From contig OZ250169.1 in the NCBI GenBank assembly GCA_965237955.1, positions 7,968,001 to 8,032,000 of the forward strand: a DNA stretch of 64,000 bases, in the 5' to 3' direction. The position numbers and the translations under genes are program-made. This document shows positions 61,889 through 64,000 of this stretch, one piece after another. The stretch is from Candidatus Marinacidobacterales bacterium. GTDB taxonomy: Bacteria > Acidobacteriota > Vicinamibacteria > Marinacidobacterales > SMYC01. The notes below the pieces were generated by a model. The model was not told the origin of the DNA. It saw nothing but the letters and a program-made list of their open reading frames with translations, and ran no database searches. Position 1 is the first letter of the stretch. The number at the start of each line of letters is the position of its first letter.

Positions 61889-64000
61889 ATGTTATTTAAG
61901 GCAATTGCTCAAGGTGGACCACGACGCGCCTTGGTGGTGGTGCCGCTGGCCCTTTTACTGGCCTGCGGGGCGGCCTTCGCGCAGGAAATCACCGGACAAA
62001 TCTACGGCAAGGTCACGGATGTTCAAGGGCTCGGGGTACCGGGCGCTACGGTGACGGTCACGAGTCCGGATCACATCAAGGCGGAAGTTCGAACAACGTC
62101 GGAACTGGGTACCTACCGTGTTCTGAGGCTACAGCCCTCGTCCAACTACACGGTGATGGTCGAGTTGACGGGATTCCAAACCGCTACCTATACAGAGATC
62201 ATCCTGCGGGCAGGGCAGGTCATTGCAATCGATGCGACGCTGTCCCCGTCCGGGGTGGAGGAGAGCGTGACCGTCGTTGGAACATCGCCGCTGGTCGACA
62301 TCAAGAGCTCGCAGGCGATGCGGACGCTCGAGCGGGAGCGGCTCGAGAACATCCCCCTGGGACGCGATTACGACGATCTCCTCACGTCGATGGCGGGCAT
62401 CATCGATACTGAGTATCAATTCGCTCCGGCACAATCGGTTCTCGGGAGCGACCCCCGGGGCAACCTGTACCTCATCGATGGAGCGGTCGCCAATGACACC
62501 ACGGTAGGCTACATTTTGACGGAAATCCCGATCGACATGATCGAGGAAGTCCAGGTAACGACCACGGGTCAAACGGCGGAGTTTGGCATGTCCCATGGCG
62601 GGGTTTTCAACTTCGTGACCAAGTCAGGAGGAAACGACCTCTCCGGTTCAGCGTACATGTTCTACAAAGGCGATAGCTTGGAGTGGGACAACCTCACGGC
62701 TGAGGAAGTGGAACAAGCTGGGGGGGTCGGAACGAGTGTGATCAAGGACCAGGACATAGGCGGAACTTTCGGGGGACCGATCAAGAAAGATGCTGTCTGG
62801 TTCTTCGGCAATCTCCGTCGGCTGAACCACTCGCTGCAACAACCCATCATCCCCACCCAGCCATTCGAGACCAATCAGACTCATTCGTTCTTCAAGATCA
62901 CGGCTCAGCTGGCCTCGGCCACCCGGTTATACGGCTCAATCACAACTCGGAATCAAGATAGGTATCCGTCCAACGTTACCAGTTTCAGAAACGCCGACGA
63001 CCCGTTGACCTGGCAGACCCAAAGGCGGAACCAGTATCTCTTCGGTTTCGGTCTGACGCACCTAATCGGCACCGATACCATTGTGGACGCAAGGTACAAC
63101 CGGCAGTGGAAAGAGTTTGTTCACGATATTCCCAACAACCCTGACGCGATCATCGGCTATACGGACGGGGTGACCGGATTGGAATTCGGGGGGCTCACCG
63201 GGGACCTATACCATATGATTTGCCGGTGCACGTGGGGAACGGGCGCTAATGTCTCGCACTTCATGGAGAACGCGAGTGGCTCACACGAGTTCAAGGTTGG
63301 CGTCTCCGTGGATTTCCCTAACTCCGAGCGGACGTTTACTTTCCCCAATAATGTCGACACCCGACAACAGCTTTCGAACGGAGCGGCCTATCGTATAACC
63401 AAGGAGTGGTTACCGAACACTCAATCCACGGGCATTGACCGCTTTTCATTCTTTGTGCAGGACCAATGGACGATCGGAGATCGGCTCACCCTGAACGTGG
63501 GACTACGCCACGTAACCACGGAAGGCTGGCTCCCCACCCAGAGTCGGGGTGGCGGCCGCTGGTTCCCCGTGGCCACCTTCCAGGAGGTCCGCGACGTCAT
63601 CAACTTTAGCACCTGGGCGCCGCGCCTTGGCATGGTGTACGCGCTGGGTGAGCAAAAAAGGACCTCTATCAAGGCCTACTACGGGCGACAGTTCAAGGCC
63701 CTCCTCACCCAGGATATGAGTTCCGTCGGACCCTCTTCAGGAGGAAGGGAGACCTACGAATGGAACGACTTCAATGGTGACCTCACATTCCAGGCGGGTG
63801 AGGAGGGGGACCTTCTCTCGAGTACCTTGAACCCCGTTATTAGAGATCGTTCGGACCTCGCCGACCCCGACATGACAGATTCCTACGTGGATTCGTTTCA
63901 CTTCACCGTCGAGCACGAGGTGAGTAGCAACATGGTGGCCTCGGTGCAAGCAACCATTAAGAGGGAGCGTAACCTCCTCGAGACGATTGTTATTCGGAGC
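61889..64000 (+). CDS. TonB-dependent receptor with carboxypeptidase-regulatory N-domain (Oar-like), runs off window
   Basis: MLFKAIAQ signal peptide, ITGQIYGKVTD, FNFVTKSGGN, FVQDQWTIGDRLTLNVGLR, WAPRLG. Confidence 0.88.
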   Translation, partial: MLFKAIAQGGPRRALVVVPLALLLACGAAFAQEITGQIYGKVTDVQGLGVPGATVTVTSPDHIKAEVRTTSELGTYRVLRLQPSSNYTVMVELTGFQTATYTEIILRAGQVIAIDATLSPSGVEESVTVVGTSPLVDIKSSQAMRTLERERLENIPLGRDYDDLLTSMAGIIDTEYQFAPAQSVLGSDPRGNLYLIDGAVANDTTVGYILTEIPIDMIEEVQVTTTGQTAEFGMSHGGVFNFVTKSGGNDLSGSAYMFYKGDSLEWDNLTAEEVEQAGGVGTSVIKDQDIGGTFGGPIKKDAVWFFGNLRRLNHSLQQPIIPTQPFETNQTHSFFKITAQLASATRLYGSITTRNQDRYPSNVTSFRNADDPLTWQTQRRNQYLFGFGLTHLIGTDTIVDARYNRQWKEFVHDIPNNPDAIIGYTDGVTGLEFGGLTGDLYHMICRCTWGTGANVSHFMENASGSHEFKVGVSVDFPNSERTFTFPNNVDTRQQLSNGAAYRITKEWLPNTQSTGIDRFSFFVQDQWTIGDRLTLNVGLRHVTTEGWLPTQSRGGGRWFPVATFQEVRDVINFSTWAPRLGMVYALGEQKRTSIKAYYGRQFKALLTQDMSSVGPSSGGRETYEWNDFNGDLTFQAGEEGDLLSSTLNPVIRDRSDLADPDMTDSYVDSFHFTVEHEVSSNMVASVQATIKRERNLLETIVIRS

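Noticed and set aside
1-64000. CRISPR array or integron cassette array
   Set aside because: Recurrent short sequences resolve to transposon ends. There is no regular repeat-spacer period, no attC pattern, and no cas or intI gene.

Overview
This GC-rich bacterial window looks Acidobacteria-like, based on an ADOP-type permease, carboxypeptidase-domain TonB receptors and VPS10 hydrolases. It is not an ordinary gene region. It is a mosaic of about 35 unrelated chromosomal pieces (tens of bp to about 4 kb), mostly gene fragments, joined at the ends of mobile elements from at least ten IS families. The first 23 kb hold six full and two half copies of one 1085-bp IS5/IS903-group element; none has a target-site duplication (TSD). 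The rest holds IS630, IS256 (two), IS6, ISL3, ISAzo13, IS200/605, IS1, IS21 ends, three families of rve-integrase (IS481/IS3-like) elements and four MITE families, three of them with a matching autonomous element in the window. Apparently intact genes include an S9 peptidase, a copper oxidase/TolC module, a PIN pair, SRAP, a class V aminotransferase, an SLT-LysM protein, Mug, GT39, GT2 and an MFS-spermidine synthase fusion. Signals the ORF track misses are a UxxC selenoprotein with a SECIS-like hairpin, a MITE carrying tandem NrdR-like boxes, a group II intron 3' remnant, paired empty and filled MITE sites, and an ISL3 insertion that duplicated a start codon. Family calls rest on motif recognition only, and misassembly across identical IS copies cannot be excluded without reads.
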